DNA of 63,984 nucleotides, filler included. It is 13 parts of 13 records of this genome, joined end to end, with 100 filler letters (N's around TTAATTAATTAA, not from the genome) between each part and the next. Parts side by side here need not be neighbours in the genome. Positions count along the whole stretch, not along the records: positions 20,030 to 24,655 come from SRR7504441_9717; positions 24,756 to 29,037 come from SRR7504441_9722; positions 29,138 to 33,353 come from SRR7504441_9724; positions 33,454 to 39,170 come from SRR7504441_9726; 9 more parts are not named here. One strand, 5' to 3'. Of this stretch, positions 23,284 through 35,034 are shown piece by piece. The first letter of the stretch is position 1, and the number at the start of each line of letters is the position of its first letter. The notes beneath the pieces were generated by a model that worked only from the letters and a program-made list of their open reading frames with translations, was not told where the DNA came from and did not search any database. Position numbers and translations under genes: made by a program.

Positions 23284-24396
23284 ATGACGAGACGGTCAGG
23301 CCTCGGGGGGTGGGCGGGCTGCTGGGCGGCGCTGTGCTGCGTCTGCGGAGCAGCGGCCAGCCGGAGCGGGTCTTGGACAGCGCTCGCCGCGTACAGCGCC
23401 CTGGCCCTCCTCTGCGCCGCATTCGGGCTGCTATGCCTGCGCGTATCCAGGCTACATGGGAACTGCGGGCGCGGCCGGGTCGGTGAGCTACCTGCCGGCT
23501 CCACGCTCCACCGCTCACCCCGCGGCGTGACCCGCGCGCTCCGGCGGTGCGCAGTGACCGGCTCGGACCGGCCGAGTCCGTTGGTGCTGCTCTGCCACGG
23601 CATGTCGACTCCACTGGAGGTGTTCGATCCACTGGTCAGCGCGTTGGTGGGGGCCAACTTCGACGTTCTGTCATTTGACCTGTACGGCCGGGGGTACAGC
23701 AGCCCCGCGGACAGCGCTCGGCACACGCTGGAGCTTTTCGTCGAGCAAATTGACCAGCTGCTGGCCGACGAGAAGATCGACACCAAGTTTCATCTGGTCG
23801 GCCTCTCGCTCGGCGGGCCTATAGTCAGCTCTTTTTCGGTGCGATACCCGGACAAGGTGCTCAGCATCACTTGGATAGCCCCGCTGATCCGTTGCGCTCC
23901 GCTCCCCAGAGTGCTGCACATCTCGCTCCGAATGGCGCCGGAGCTCGTGGCCGGCTTGTACGGACTCACATTCAACGGCCCGGCTGCATTCCGCGAAGAG
24001 CTGAACGACTGGAGTGCGCACGAGGCCTGGAACCGGCACATGGCCGAGGAGGTGATCGCCGCAGGTCTCCGGGAGAACCCTGCCGCCCGGTCTAGCCTGG
24101 CACAAACACTGCTTGACGAACTCAAGCCAGCGCTGCTCAACCCAAGCTCGGATAAGTATGTTTCCATACACCGGCAGGCCGCCGGACTAGGCCGGCCGGT
24201 GCTGCTGGTTCAAGGCCGGCAGGACGCGACTTGCGCGGCTGAGGAGGCGGCGAAGTTGGCGGGTTCGGTCGCGGGTGGCGGCGTGGAGGTGGTGATGGTG
24301 GATCGGGCCGGGCACTATCCGCATCTTGATCAGCGAGCGCTGGTCAGCGCTAGACTGATCGAGTTCCTCCGGAGCAGCCCCCCGGGGGGAGAGTAG
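23284..24396 (+). CDS. Alpha/beta hydrolase with N-terminal TM
   Basis: LCHGM, FDLYGRGYS, nucleophile elbow GLSLGG, GRQD, AGHYPH. Confidence 0.88.
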   Translation: MTRRSGLGGWAGCWAALCCVCGAAASRSGSWTALAAYSALALLCAAFGLLCLRVSRLHGNCGRGRVGELPAGSTLHRSPRGVTRALRRCAVTGSDRPSPLVLLCHGMSTPLEVFDPLVSALVGANFDVLSFDLYGRGYSSPADSARHTLELFVEQIDQLLADEKIDTKFHLVGLSLGGPIVSSFSVRYPDKVLSITWIAPLIRCAPLPRVLHISLRMAPELVAGLYGLTFNGPAAFREELNDWSAHEAWNRHMAEEVIAAGLRENPAARSSLAQTLLDELKPALLNPSSDKYVSIHRQAAGLGRPVLLVQGRQDATCAAEEAAKLAGSVAGGGVEVVMVDRAGHYPHLDQRALVSARLIEFLRSSPPGGE

Positions 24397-25039
24397 GTGG
24401 CCTCGGCTGACATGGATGGTGCTGTCGAATATGGAATTATACGTAGTTCTCCCCGGATGGATGATCATTCATGTAATTGTTCACATGATGTAATGTTCAT
24501 TATAGATTGTTGTAGAGATTGTGGTCGCCCGATGTGCAGCTGCCTACTCTACATGTACTCCCTAGGTAATGGACTATTGCCCTACTAAATCTGGAATGAT
24601 TACAACTTGCAATTGGCGAGCTGTAAGGTTGTGCAAACTTGATAGTGTGTTTCTANNNNNNNNNNNNNNNNNNNNNNNNNNNNNNNNNNNNNNNNNNNNT
24701 TAATTAATTAANNNNNNNNNNNNNNNNNNNNNNNNNNNNNNNNNNNNNNNNNNNNTAATTAATCATTAAAACGATTTACAACTCCTTCTTTTGTGCGTAA
24801 CGTACATCAAGAGTTAATAAATTCCGAGTTTCAAACCGGAGAAAATCTTGATGAATTGTAGATTTCGAGGTGAAACTTCTTGGACAAAATTAATAAATCA
24901 AGACTCTTAGCTTAATATAATTATAGCTAACTGCCTATATGGAGTGAATAAAGATAAATTGATTCTGAACAAGAAGCCCGAACGCCCCTAAGTTGCAGAA
25001 TCACAATCCTGTACCGTTTTCGGCAATACATGTAGCTCA

Positions 25040-28000
25040 TCAATCCGATGTGAAGCCATCTCTCTTCATATAATTTGATACCCCAGTCAATGCGCTCTCT
25101 TCCTCCGGTTGCCCTCTTGGTGAGCAATAGGGCGATCTAGATCTAGGCTTGAGATCCAACGCCATTTTCGAGCATGCGTCTGCAGAGTACTTCTTGCCAT
25201 GCACGACGCCTCCTCCGTGTTCGCTCAGATTCTCCCAGGCATACCGGTTGTCTGGGTTCCGCTCGAGCTCCTCTTCATTTGTTTTGATCAGTATGTCCGT
25301 GTTTTTCTGCTTCCGATCTCGAAAGGCTTTGCGAGCAACTTCAAGCATCTTCATCGCATTCTGCGCCAGCTCTTTAGGCTTCCCTGCATTCATTTTCTTC
25401 AGTTCCTCCTCAGATTCATCGAAGCTTTTCTCCATGATGTCAAGCAGGACCGGGAAGAAGCGGAGCATGGAGGTCAGGTCGGTCACACAGTCCTTCACAG
25501 TCACCTGCAGAGCTTTATTGAGTTGTCCGATGGCTTTCATGATCTTGGGGTCGATCTTGACCTCCTTCTTTTGCATTTGCATGATACCGATAGCGGCTCC
25601 ACCCATCAGCGACGAGACCATTGCTGCCATTGCACCTGATCACAAGCCTCAGAGCTCTGCATAGAAAATAAGCTGCGGCACCGAATGCATTCGCAGCTGA
25701 CATGGCAAAAAACAGGGTCGCTAGAACCGCCACAATCACCACAAGGCCAGCTCCAGAGTACTTGATGATTCTTGCCTTGTCGAAGCCCGCCTTGGCGAGC
25801 TCCTTCTCGACGCAGTGCTCGAATGCCGATCGGACCAGGATCACCCCTTTTTGGACTTTAGTCATCTTTATGGTTTGCCACTCTTGCATCGATAACTCGC
25901 CGTCCTGCCAACCAAGCACTCAGTCCACAAAATACCAGTGCAGGTCACCCCATTCTCGTCGAATTGCGCCCATTGCCCGTCGCTGATTTTGCCAAACTGC
26001 AGCTCGAGCTCGTGCCGATTGACGAGCCCGTCGCCGCTGTCATCGGCTGCACCAAATCCAGCAGCCATTGACGATGTCTTTCGTTCAATCGACGCGAGCA
26101 TCGCCCTCTCTTGATCGTCGAGCCGTTCGGGCGTGACTAGAGCCGCCACACTCTGGTCCCAGGCAGCCGAGCCTTGCGTGCTTGGCGAGATGACGCCCTT
26201 GGAGATCAGGCGCTCCCTCAGCTTCTTCTTCTCGCTCACAAGCTTCTGCTCGCTCACAGCAAGCTCGATGATCCGTCGGGTGAGCCCTTCCTTGAGGTTG
26301 TCCATGATCTCGCCCGCGCTGCTGATCTCGGTCAGCACCTGATTGATCACCTTCTCCAGATTCTGGAAGTTGGCGTAGCACGCCACCCCGGTCCCAAGGA
26401 TAGCGGTCACCGCAAACCTGCACAACGGCTCAACACATAGCAGCCAACCGGCGCTCACATGTTGGTGAAGAAGTGGAGCATCAGTCCGATCGCGGCGTTG
26501 AGGAGGAATATAGCCACCACGAAGAGGCTCATGAAAAAGCAGGTGAACTGGAGGTAAGAGAAGCCCTTCCACTGCACCAGGAGCCACTTGGCAAAACGAC
26601 TCCTGGTGATTGGCTTGAGCCACGGGAAGCGCTCACCGTCAAACTCGCTGAAGAAGTAGTGGAGCATCAGACCGATCTGCAGGAAGATGAACAGGTAGAA
26701 GCTCACGATGAACATGCTCCGGATGACCCCCTCGATCAGGCCAGTCGGGATGATCCCAGAGTCGATCCCGATGTACCCGAACCGGTCAACCCCTTGATAC
26801 AGGCCCACATACACCAGCGTGACCGGCAGCGTCGAGAGCGCGAGCAGGATGATGTGCGCCAAGGTCACCTGGGTCCTGGCAGTGAGCTGCTCGCACACCG
26901 ATGGCCCAATCGCCTCCATGGCAGAGCCAGGCATTGTGGTCGGGATATCTTGCCCGCCTGTGCCGCTCACATGGTTGCTCACCAAATGGAGCACGCCCTG
27001 CCCCTTCCCAATCTCCTCGATCAGCCGCAGCTCCATTCGCTCCTTCCGCTTCTTTGCGATCTTGGCCTCGTCCTCGTCATCATCGTCGCTGCTGCTCTCG
27101 TCACCCTCGTCGCTCGACGAGTCGTCAACTTCTATCTGATGCCGTTCGGTCTCTTCGTCCGCCATCACCTCCTCCTTCTGTATCCGATCGTACGCGGCGC
27201 TCTGCTTCTCATCGTGCATGAACAGTCCTTGGGCGATGTATTCGCGAAGGAAGCTCCGCTGCATCTTCCGAGCATACTTGGCGCACGCAAGCGAGCCCAG
27301 CACGGTGATAGATATCCCGATCAGCAGCACCATCACCGTCAGCCCGAGCACCGAGCCGGCCCGAGCGCGCAGGCTGAGCGGGATCAGCTTGAGGCTCCGG
27401 CCCACCCCAGAGTTCAGTTTGAGCTCCCACAGGCTGGTGTGCTCATCCTCCACGAACATGAAATACCCGTCGGGCGGGATCCGGCGCTTGAGGTCCACCT
27501 GCTCGTGCCCGAGGATCTCGAACAGGCAGGCTGTCCGGTCCCCTCCCTTCCGGATGCACTCGGAGCCTGGCTTGGGCGCCGGGACCATGCAAGTGTAGTA
27601 CACTGGGTCCATCATCCCGGCAGAGACCGCGTGAAGCAGGGACGGGGGCAGCGCCGCGTACAGCGGCCCGTGCACCCAGGCCCAGTGGCCCCGTGTCTCC
27701 CCGAACCACTTGAGCCCAGGCTCCGGGAACTGAAAGAAGACCATGTCCGGATACCTGCCCCCGGATCGGCCAGCCCCCAGCCCCGACTCACGACATGGCC
27801 CCGCTCTTCTTGTCCACGACGAACGCCTCAACCAGCGAGTTTACACTGTTGACCCCGGCCGGCGGGCTCGACCGGAGGTCTTGGGCGTCGGGCCGGCGGA
27901 GCCAGCCCATCCAGCCGAACAGCGCGAAGTAGCCGGCGATGCACACGAAGGTGAGGACCACCTGGAAGCATGTGAGCATCCGGCTGCGCGACAGCTGCCG

Positions 28001-28183
28001 CTGCTTGGCCGCTTGCTGGGCCAGCTCCTCGGCGGACAGCGGCCTCGGGCTCTGAGCCTTCGGGCTACGGGCTTTGAGCTCGATCCCGACATGATCCGAC
28101 GACTCGCCGCCGGGGATCGCGCCGTACGACACCTATCGTCCCGTCAGCGCCCGACAGCGGCGTGGCCTCACCGGCTTCGGCAT
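25040..28183 (-). CDS. Large multi-pass membrane protein with an EF-hand pair
   Basis: Exons joined by short introns (MPKP|VSYG; AMS|YPD). Several TM helices, an acidic loop, a coiled coil, and EF loops DDSGDGLVNRHE and DENG|DGELSMQE. Confidence 0.7.
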
Positions 28184-28388
28184 GATCTTTTTGAACGGCG
28201 GTGCCCGTTCAAGGGTCGCAAGATGTCAGCGCACTGCGCACGATTGAGCACGTCAGCACGAGCGCACTCACTACGCACTCACTCAGTGGACGCCATGATT
28301 CAACATGAATTCTTGCCGTCTTAGGTCCTTACATCTTACATCTTATTGTGCATATGGAATTATAGTAAATTGATCAAGAGGCTTTGCT

Positions 28389-29037
28389 CTACGTCTCGTC
28401 GAGCCAAGTTAGCAATTCGGAGGTTCGCCATAATCCCCACTCTCTAGGGAGCTTGCTCAAGATGACGAGCCATAGATGGTGCGGCAGCTTTCGGCCAACT
28501 CTGTCCAGCGCTACTTTGAGCCCACACACATGTCGGACACCGCGCCGAAAGCTGTGTGGGAACAAGCACAAATCATCTGTGTCGCATAGCCGGCTAGCTC
28601 GGTCTAAGAGGGCAATAAGCCGAGGGCACGGCTCCAAACACCAGCAATGATCTTCAGGCCCTAGTTTGGCCAGTGCATATGGCAGTTCTTGGTCTTGTGC
28701 CTCGGTGCCCTCTTCTAATAGCCTAGTTGCCCAATCCAACCGTCTATGGGCTACGGCAACACTCAAAGGAGGCCATTCTTCACTAGCAGTCAGGTAAGCC
28801 GTCGCGTCGCGATGCCTGGCCCTGGTAGCAACTTGTAACGGGTATAGCCAATCTCGGCTGATCCTGCCAAATGAGTCGGGGGCCACCTCCTTGAGGTAAC
28901 GCAGCGCGGCTAGATGCCCCCCGTGGGCTGCCAGGTGGGCGGGCAAGTTCCCATCTCTCGCATCCCATAAGAGCTCTGGTCGGGCCGCGGCTAGGCATCG
29001 GATCACTGGGACATGCCCCTTCAGGGCAGCATACAGC
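28389..29037 (-). CDS. Ankyrin-repeat protein with C-terminal F-box-like helix, 5' truncated
   Basis: DGNLPAHLAAHGGHLAALRYL and YPLQVA repeats; tail KLPHHLWLVILSKLP. Confidence 0.8.
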
Positions 29038-29261
29038 NNNNNNNNNNNNNNNNNNNNNNNNNNNNNNNNNNNNNNNNNNNNTTAATTAATTAANNNNNNN
29101 NNNNNNNNNNNNNNNNNNNNNNNNNNNNNNNNNNNNNTGGGGTCGGATGATCAGTTTGATGCATTTTCAATATACGTTAGTGCTCACTTTTAGGCATGAT
29201 TTACTTAAATTACTTGAGAGTTTCATTACGAATTTCAATTAAGGAGGCCGTTACTTTTGAA

Positions 29262-29825
29262 ATGCCGGGGACCCCCGGGGGTAAGGTTGGTGGCAAGGGC
29301 ACCAGGGATGAGGCGGTATCGCGACACCTGACGAGGATCAGAGTGGAGCAAGGCCCGCCGGTTGCGCGGAGGCTGCGGGTCGCCGGGCCGTTCGCTGGCG
29401 CGCCGGACAGCGATGTCCAGGCCCGGCAGGCGTGGATTGCACAAATGGTGGAGACAGAGCGATGTCCATGGCGGGCAGGTGGAGGCGATGGGTCTGGGCC
29501 CGGCTGAGGAGCTCTTCCGAACGCGTGATTGGATCCGGCACTCCGCCAGGATCGGAGCAGAGGTGTACATCTTGGTCGCCGGATATCAAAACATCCCGAG
29601 AGCGGCAGACTACGGCGAGGCGATGATAGAGATGGACTCGGAGAGGAAGCCCTACAGTACTACTTCGAGGTGAAGCCAATGGCGCTTAGGAGAGGCGCGA
29701 AGATCGAGGGCGGCGGGCTGTGGTTTCTCGATGGCTCCCCCTGCAGTGTGGGGGGGGTCACCTTTGATGACCGAGAGGACAAAGCGACCAGGGCTCTGCA
29801 CCAAGAACTGTCGCGCTGTCGCTAG
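29262..29825 (+). CDS. Hypothetical protein, exon structure unresolved
   Basis: Overlapping protein-like ORFs (WIAQMVETERCPW; LQYYFEVKPMALRRG) in different frames. Confidence 0.3.
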
Positions 29826-30239
29826 TACGCATTCTCGGTGGGTGGGCCAGTGGGAGTTGCGCGGGAGCTCGAGGCCGTCTACACCTTTGGGTCTACACCC
29901 TTGGGTGGCTGCTACTCAGTCCCGACGGAGGTCGGTGGGTTGCGGATAGGCGTAATCTGGAAGCTGCTAACTAATAAGAAAAGCTGAGTCCGCCGATTCG
30001 GGATCTTGCTAGCTTGAGCTTCTTGGACCACGGCCTCATCGGCGGGCAGGCAGCGCATATGCGTTGGCCGCCCGCGTGTGCCTATCGGCACGAACGTGTT
30101 CTTGAGAGGCGGTGTACACGTGTTGCCTCGATGCAGGGATGACCTCCTTGACCAGCTGGTCCCGAAGCAAAACTCACAGAGTTTTGGTGTCGCGCTTCCA
30201 CAACAACATTGACAACAACATTGACAACAACAACAACGA

Positions 30240-32082
30240 ATGGGTAGCGAGAGCTCGGACGAGGGGGAGGAGCTGGCGATCCGGCTGGACTCGGGCGGGC
30301 GGGTGGCCGGAACCTCCCACTGCGGGCTCGACTTCGAGCTCCGGGCGCTCCGCTGCCGGCTGGAGGCCCCGAGCCCCCACCGGCTGCTGGCGGACTGCGC
30401 CGAATGCTTTGGGGCCGAGACTAGCTTCTGGCTGCCGGCTGACCAGCCGCCGCGCTGCTCGCTCGAGGTTCACCGCCCGGGGCGTAGTAGCACTTACAGG
30501 GGGGCAGTGGCTGGCGCGGAGCGTGTTCGCGCTGCACACCAAGGGGATGGACTGGCGCGGACCGGCGGGGGCCGAGTGGTGGGTGCAGATCAGGGAAGGC
30601 GGCGGGGTGGGCTTCCATTGGGACAAGGACGAGGACCTGCTGGACAGTTGCGGAGTCACGCTCTGTCCCCAGCTCTCCACCGTCACCTACCTCACCAACG
30701 CCGGCCCGCCCACCCTGGTGGCTGACTGCCGCCCGCCCGTTGAGGCCGCCGACACCGACGCGCTGTACGACCGCCGATTCGATCGGGTCTGGCTCAGCTA
30801 CCCGGAGTGCGGCCCGGGGGCGGTTAAGCACCTTGTGTTTGATGGGCAGTTGCTGCACGCTGTGCCTGAGCAGATCGGTCACTCGCCAGGCCGCCGGGTG
30901 AGCTTTCTGGTAAACATATGGCTGGGGCATGTGCCCGTCGGGCTGTCTCCAGTGCCCCTCGATCAGCTCGCGCTGGCAACAGACCCCGTCGGGCTGCGTG
31001 TGAGTGGGAGCTGTCCTCAGCGCACGCTCGGTCCGCAGTTTGGCGACAGAGCGCGGTTTGAGGCAGCTTTCGGGCCGGCCAACGAGCACAGAGTCTCCAT
31101 GCAGCGGCTGCCGGTGGACAAGCCCGGCCGGTGCACTGTGTTTGCGGCGCGGGGGGTTAAAGGCGAGATAAGGGCCGGCGGTGGAGAGCTGGCAGATGTG
31201 CCGTGTCTGCAGGCAGAGCATGCAAGCCCCGACAAGCTGCTTGATCTTTACAGCAAGTGGCAGCTGGTCGTCGTGCGCGGTGGGTGCGCCCCGGTCCGGT
31301 TTGGCCTGGCCGAGCTGCGGAAGCTTTGGAGCGAATTCCCGCAGGAGGTTGCCAAGACGTGGAACCCAGAGCGAGGCGACGTGCTGGACCCGGGCAGACT
31401 GCTCGGCCGGAAAAGGGCACACGGACCAGCCGAGAGTTGGTACAACTCATTCGTGCTGTCGAGCTCAGCCGGGTTTGAGCGTGCGCTGAAGCTGCTGCCG
31501 TGGGCTGCGCCTGCAGGGCTGGATAGGGCTGGCGTGTCGCATAGCCCGAGCGTCTGGTTCTTCGTGGGTCGCACAGCAGAGCGGATTCAAGGACGGGCCG
31601 AGCACACGGACAAGGTGTCGCATGACGGCACCTGGCACGCTCAGCAGTGTGGGAGCAAGCTGTGGTGCGTCAGGCCGAGTGCAGGCCGCTGGCCCCAGGG
31701 CAAGCCCGAGTGCGGGCCGCTGCAAGTGCTGGTCGAGGAGGGGGACGTCATCTTAATCAACACCGCGCTATGGTTCCATCGGACCGAGCTGCCGCCCACG
31801 TGCAGCGCCAGGGAGCGCGTGAGTCTAAGCTTTGCTCGGGATTTCTTTCTAAACCGCGAGGGCGAGGGCAGTCGACAGGTCGAAATGGATAATCTGCAGG
31901 ATGTGTGGGCCACGGCGGACGTGCCAGCCGGGACTCTGATTGCCAGCACCGAGGATGGCGAGGAGCTGCCCGAGCTGAGAGGAGCTGGCGAGCCGAACTG
32001 CGAGGTGCAGGTGCAGGCTGGCGGGGTGCGGGTGGTGGTTGCCATACGAGACATCTGTGAGGGCGAGAGCTTGATATTATAG
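30240..32082 (+). CDS. 2OG-Fe(II) oxygenase + JmjC/cupin + degenerate SET-like domain protein
   Basis: 40-nt intron 30468-30507. Domain 1 FHWDKDE..LLHAV..RVSFLVNIW; domain 2 EHTD..GSKLW..GDVILI..WFHRT; tail ATADVPAGT..EPNCE..VAIRDICEGESL. Confidence 0.75.
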
Positions 32083-32362
32083 CGCCGATTGTGTATGCTA
32101 TCCGCATGTGTAAGCTTAGTCTGACGGAGCTGCGTATACTGAAACTACATATGCTCTAATAATGCTGGTGTGAATAATCAGCATAAACAACAAATAGATC
32201 GAATGTTTACATGTGTTTATACGAGTAGGCCTGAACTGTTGGCCTTCCGTTGATACGTAGCTGGTCGAGTTTCCGTTATTGGTTCGTGAGTCACTGTGCG
32301 CTGGTTGCCTTTCCACGGTGCGCCGCTCCCTTCGGTGCGCGGCACAGCTGACAAGGAGCAGC

Positions 32363-33337
32363 ATGGTGCTTGTCGGCCAGATCCACAGCGACCTGCTGGC
32401 CCGGATCCTGTATGCCGATCTGAGAGCGCAGCCCGAGCGCAAGGCCACCCTGGCCCCGGTGTGTAAGCTCTTCAGCTCCAGCTGCTCCCACCCGCTCATC
32501 TGGCGCAAGCTGCTCCGGAGCACCTGGCGCGGCCGGCTGGCCGCTCCACCGCCAGCCGGCGACTGGCACGCGGCCTGCCTCGAGGCGGAGGCCACCGCGG
32601 CGGCGGCGATCGGCCGTTGGGAACAGCTGTTTGCGGAGCACCCGACCGAGCCTGAGCTGTGGCAGCGGCCCATCGAGCAATTCCTGGCCCAGATTTCGGA
32701 CCGCCCGGGCCCAATTCTCGCCATCGGCCGACAGTCGGCCCGCGACCAGCTCACCGGCCCCACGATGGCCGGCACCCGCTGTGCGGCCGGCCAGCTGACG
32801 GCGGCGGCCGAGTTCCTGGTGGAGAACAAGATGGACCGAGCGATGCGCGGCGAGTTCCTGGGCAGCTGCGCCGGGATGGGCCTGCCAATGGCGGTGGTCA
32901 GCCGGCTGCCGCTGGCCGGGCGGGACCTGGTGGGCGCAGTCAGGCTGCTGCTAGAGCTGGTTTGTACTCGGACGAGCTATGCCCTCAACAGGCTGATGAG
33001 GGCGCTTGGCGCGCGGCTGTTCGAGCTTGAACCGGCGCTGGTGAGCAACGAGTCGGCGCACAGCCTGATCTACGCGGTGCTCATGCTTAACACGGACATG
33101 TACAGCGCCAACGTCAAGGAGCACCACAGGATGAGCCAAGAGGTGTTTGTATCGAAGGTGCAAGAAATGCTCGAGGAGCCGGTGGAACGACAGCTGATTG
33201 CCCAAATGTACCGCAATGTGGCTAACGGCGGACCGCTCCGCGTCACCAACCAACCAGACGAGCGTCCGAAAGGCCCGGCATCTGTGCCTGCAGGGACGCA
33301 ACTTTTTGGACTGGCTCATGGTTGTGTGATCTGTTAA
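32363..33337 (+). CDS. F-box + Sec7-domain protein with C-terminal CaaX (FBXO8-like architecture)
   Basis: DLLARILY..LAPVCKLF..IWRKLL; RGEFLG..SAHSLIYAVLMLNTDMYSANVK..MSQEVFV; ends CVIC*. Confidence 0.82.
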   Translation: MVLVGQIHSDLLARILYADLRAQPERKATLAPVCKLFSSSCSHPLIWRKLLRSTWRGRLAAPPPAGDWHAACLEAEATAAAAIGRWEQLFAEHPTEPELWQRPIEQFLAQISDRPGPILAIGRQSARDQLTGPTMAGTRCAAGQLTAAAEFLVENKMDRAMRGEFLGSCAGMGLPMAVVSRLPLAGRDLVGAVRLLLELVCTRTSYALNRLMRALGARLFELEPALVSNESAHSLIYAVLMLNTDMYSANVKEHHRMSQEVFVSKVQEMLEEPVERQLIAQMYRNVANGGPLRVTNQPDERPKGPASVPAGTQLFGLAHGCVIC

Positions 33338-33504
33338 AATGAGTTCGAGGTTTNNNNNNNNNNNNNNNNNNNNNNNNNNNNNNNNNNNNNNNNNNNNTTA
33401 ATTAATTAANNNNNNNNNNNNNNNNNNNNNNNNNNNNNNNNNNNNNNNNNNNNCCCGGAAAAGCTAATTATAACGCAATTGCGCAATGATCAATCAAGAT
33501 TTAG

Positions 33505-34998
33505 TCACAACGCTGCCCGCGGAACTAAACAACCCTGGCCGGGCCCGGACCCAAGGTTATCGAACACTCGCTCGATCTTCAGATCGGTCCATCCAAGCGC
33601 GAGCTTCACGATCCACCCAGCGATCGTCTCACTGTAAACCTCACGATCATGATCAGCGCTGCCAAACTGTCGCCCAAACTGCTCAACATGCTCCACCACA
33701 GCCCTGACCGACTGCAGGTTCAGCAGATGACTGCCCGAGCGCACCAAGTACCCCTGCCCACGCGGGAATAGCTGCTGTATGGCCTCCGGGTCTCGTGGGA
33801 ACGTCAGGCTGTCGGTTTCTCCTAGAATTAAGTTGCTCACGCAGGTGCAGCTTGTGGCACGGTGGAACGTGATGTCCTGTTGAATCTCCACCAGCAGATT
33901 AACGGCATTCGGAGACAGAAACACGGCTTGCAGCAGGGCAGCCACAGGCTTCATCACCATGGACAGTTGGCTCAGATCACGTGGCCGGAACATCGGGGAG
34001 AACATGCGGGCCGCCCCGACTCCCGCAGGAGCCAGAAGATGCAGATGCCTGACCTGTCGGCCGGCGGCTGCAGCCACCCGAGCGGCCAGGTGCCCGCCGT
34101 ATGAGTGGCCGAGCAGGTCACACTGACGGCTGTTCAACTCGTGCTGGAGTAAAGCTAGCACAGCCTGGATATGGTCCCGCCTCCCACCCGGGCGCGGGCT
34201 GGAGCCATCAACAGGGGTCGACTGCGAGAACCCGTAATCAAAGTCCGGAAGGTCCAACACCAGAACACGCCGTGTCCGTTGGAGCAGCGCCGCCAGCGGC
34301 CCCATCGATGTGGCAGTGGTGTACATGCCGTGTACCAGCACCATCGGCGGCCGAGAAGATGGATGCGGACCAGAATCGTAAAAGTGGAGGGACATCGCGC
34401 CGGTCTCCAGTCGGCGCGACGCGAACCCAGCGAGCAGCATCAGACCCCGAGCCACCGCCTGGCCCGCCAGCTGTGCCGTCTCCAGCATCCACGGGGTGTC
34501 AACAGCCACCGGCCCGGCCGGCGGAGGTGGTCCGATCCGGCTGGGCCGGTCTCGCGCGTCGAACGCCGAAGTCTCGGACAGCAGTTCGTGCGCTATGGCC
34601 TCGCAGTCCGCCCTACTCCAGTACGTTTCCTCTAGCGCCGGACGGTGCGGCTGCAGCTGCAAAAGCACCCGACGGACCCCCTCTGCGCCTTCCTCCAGCA
34701 CCAGCGGCGGCCGGAGCCCTACCGCCGCGCACAGCTCGCCCAGCGCCTCAGATGGGCTGTGCGAGGGCACCAGGTGGGCACGCCAGCCGGCCGCTCGGTC
34801 AGGCAGCCCGGCGCCCCACCGTGGAGCGTCGCGGGCCGCCCGGGCGAGTTTTGCCGCGGGAAGGAGCGCCCGGTCAGCCCTGTTAGCTCGGCGCAGCAAC
34901 TCGCGCAGCACCGCGCGCAGCACCGCCACCCAGCCGAGTGCCGCGCAGAGCCACCAGCGCGACAGCCTCGGGAGCAGCCGGCTGGCCACCAAACGCAT
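33505..34998 (-). CDS. Alpha/beta hydrolase with N-terminal extension
   Basis: VLVHGM, LDLPDF, GHSYGG, GETD, GSHLLN. Confidence 0.82.
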   Translation of the reverse strand: MRLVASRLLPRLSRWWLCAALGWVAVLRAVLRELLRRANRADRALLPAAKLARAARDAPRWGAGLPDRAAGWRAHLVPSHSPSEALGELCAAVGLRPPLVLEEGAEGVRRVLLQLQPHRPALEETYWSRADCEAIAHELLSETSAFDARDRPSRIGPPPPAGPVAVDTPWMLETAQLAGQAVARGLMLLAGFASRRLETGAMSLHFYDSGPHPSSRPPMVLVHGMYTTATSMGPLAALLQRTRRVLVLDLPDFDYGFSQSTPVDGSSPRPGGRRDHIQAVLALLQHELNSRQCDLLGHSYGGHLAARVAAAAGRQVRHLHLLAPAGVGAARMFSPMFRPRDLSQLSMVMKPVAALLQAVFLSPNAVNLLVEIQQDITFHRATSCTCVSNLILGETDSLTFPRDPEAIQQLFPRGQGYLVRSGSHLLNLQSVRAVVEHVEQFGRQFGSADHDREVYSETIAGWIVKLALGWTDLKIERVFDNLGSGPGQGCLVPRAAL

Positions 34999-35034
34999 TG
35001 GAACTGATGACCGGCTGCAGCAGGCGGTGAGGCA

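Noticed and set aside
26473-27852. Long antisense ORFs (also 10351-11547, 11818-12645, 30421-31422, 62469-63446)
   Set aside because: Shadow or alternative-frame ORFs expected at high GC, overlapping better-supported genes.
30199-30238. CAACAACATTGA duplication and CAA run before the oxygenase ATG
   Set aside because: A short microsatellite in a 5' leader with no further structure.
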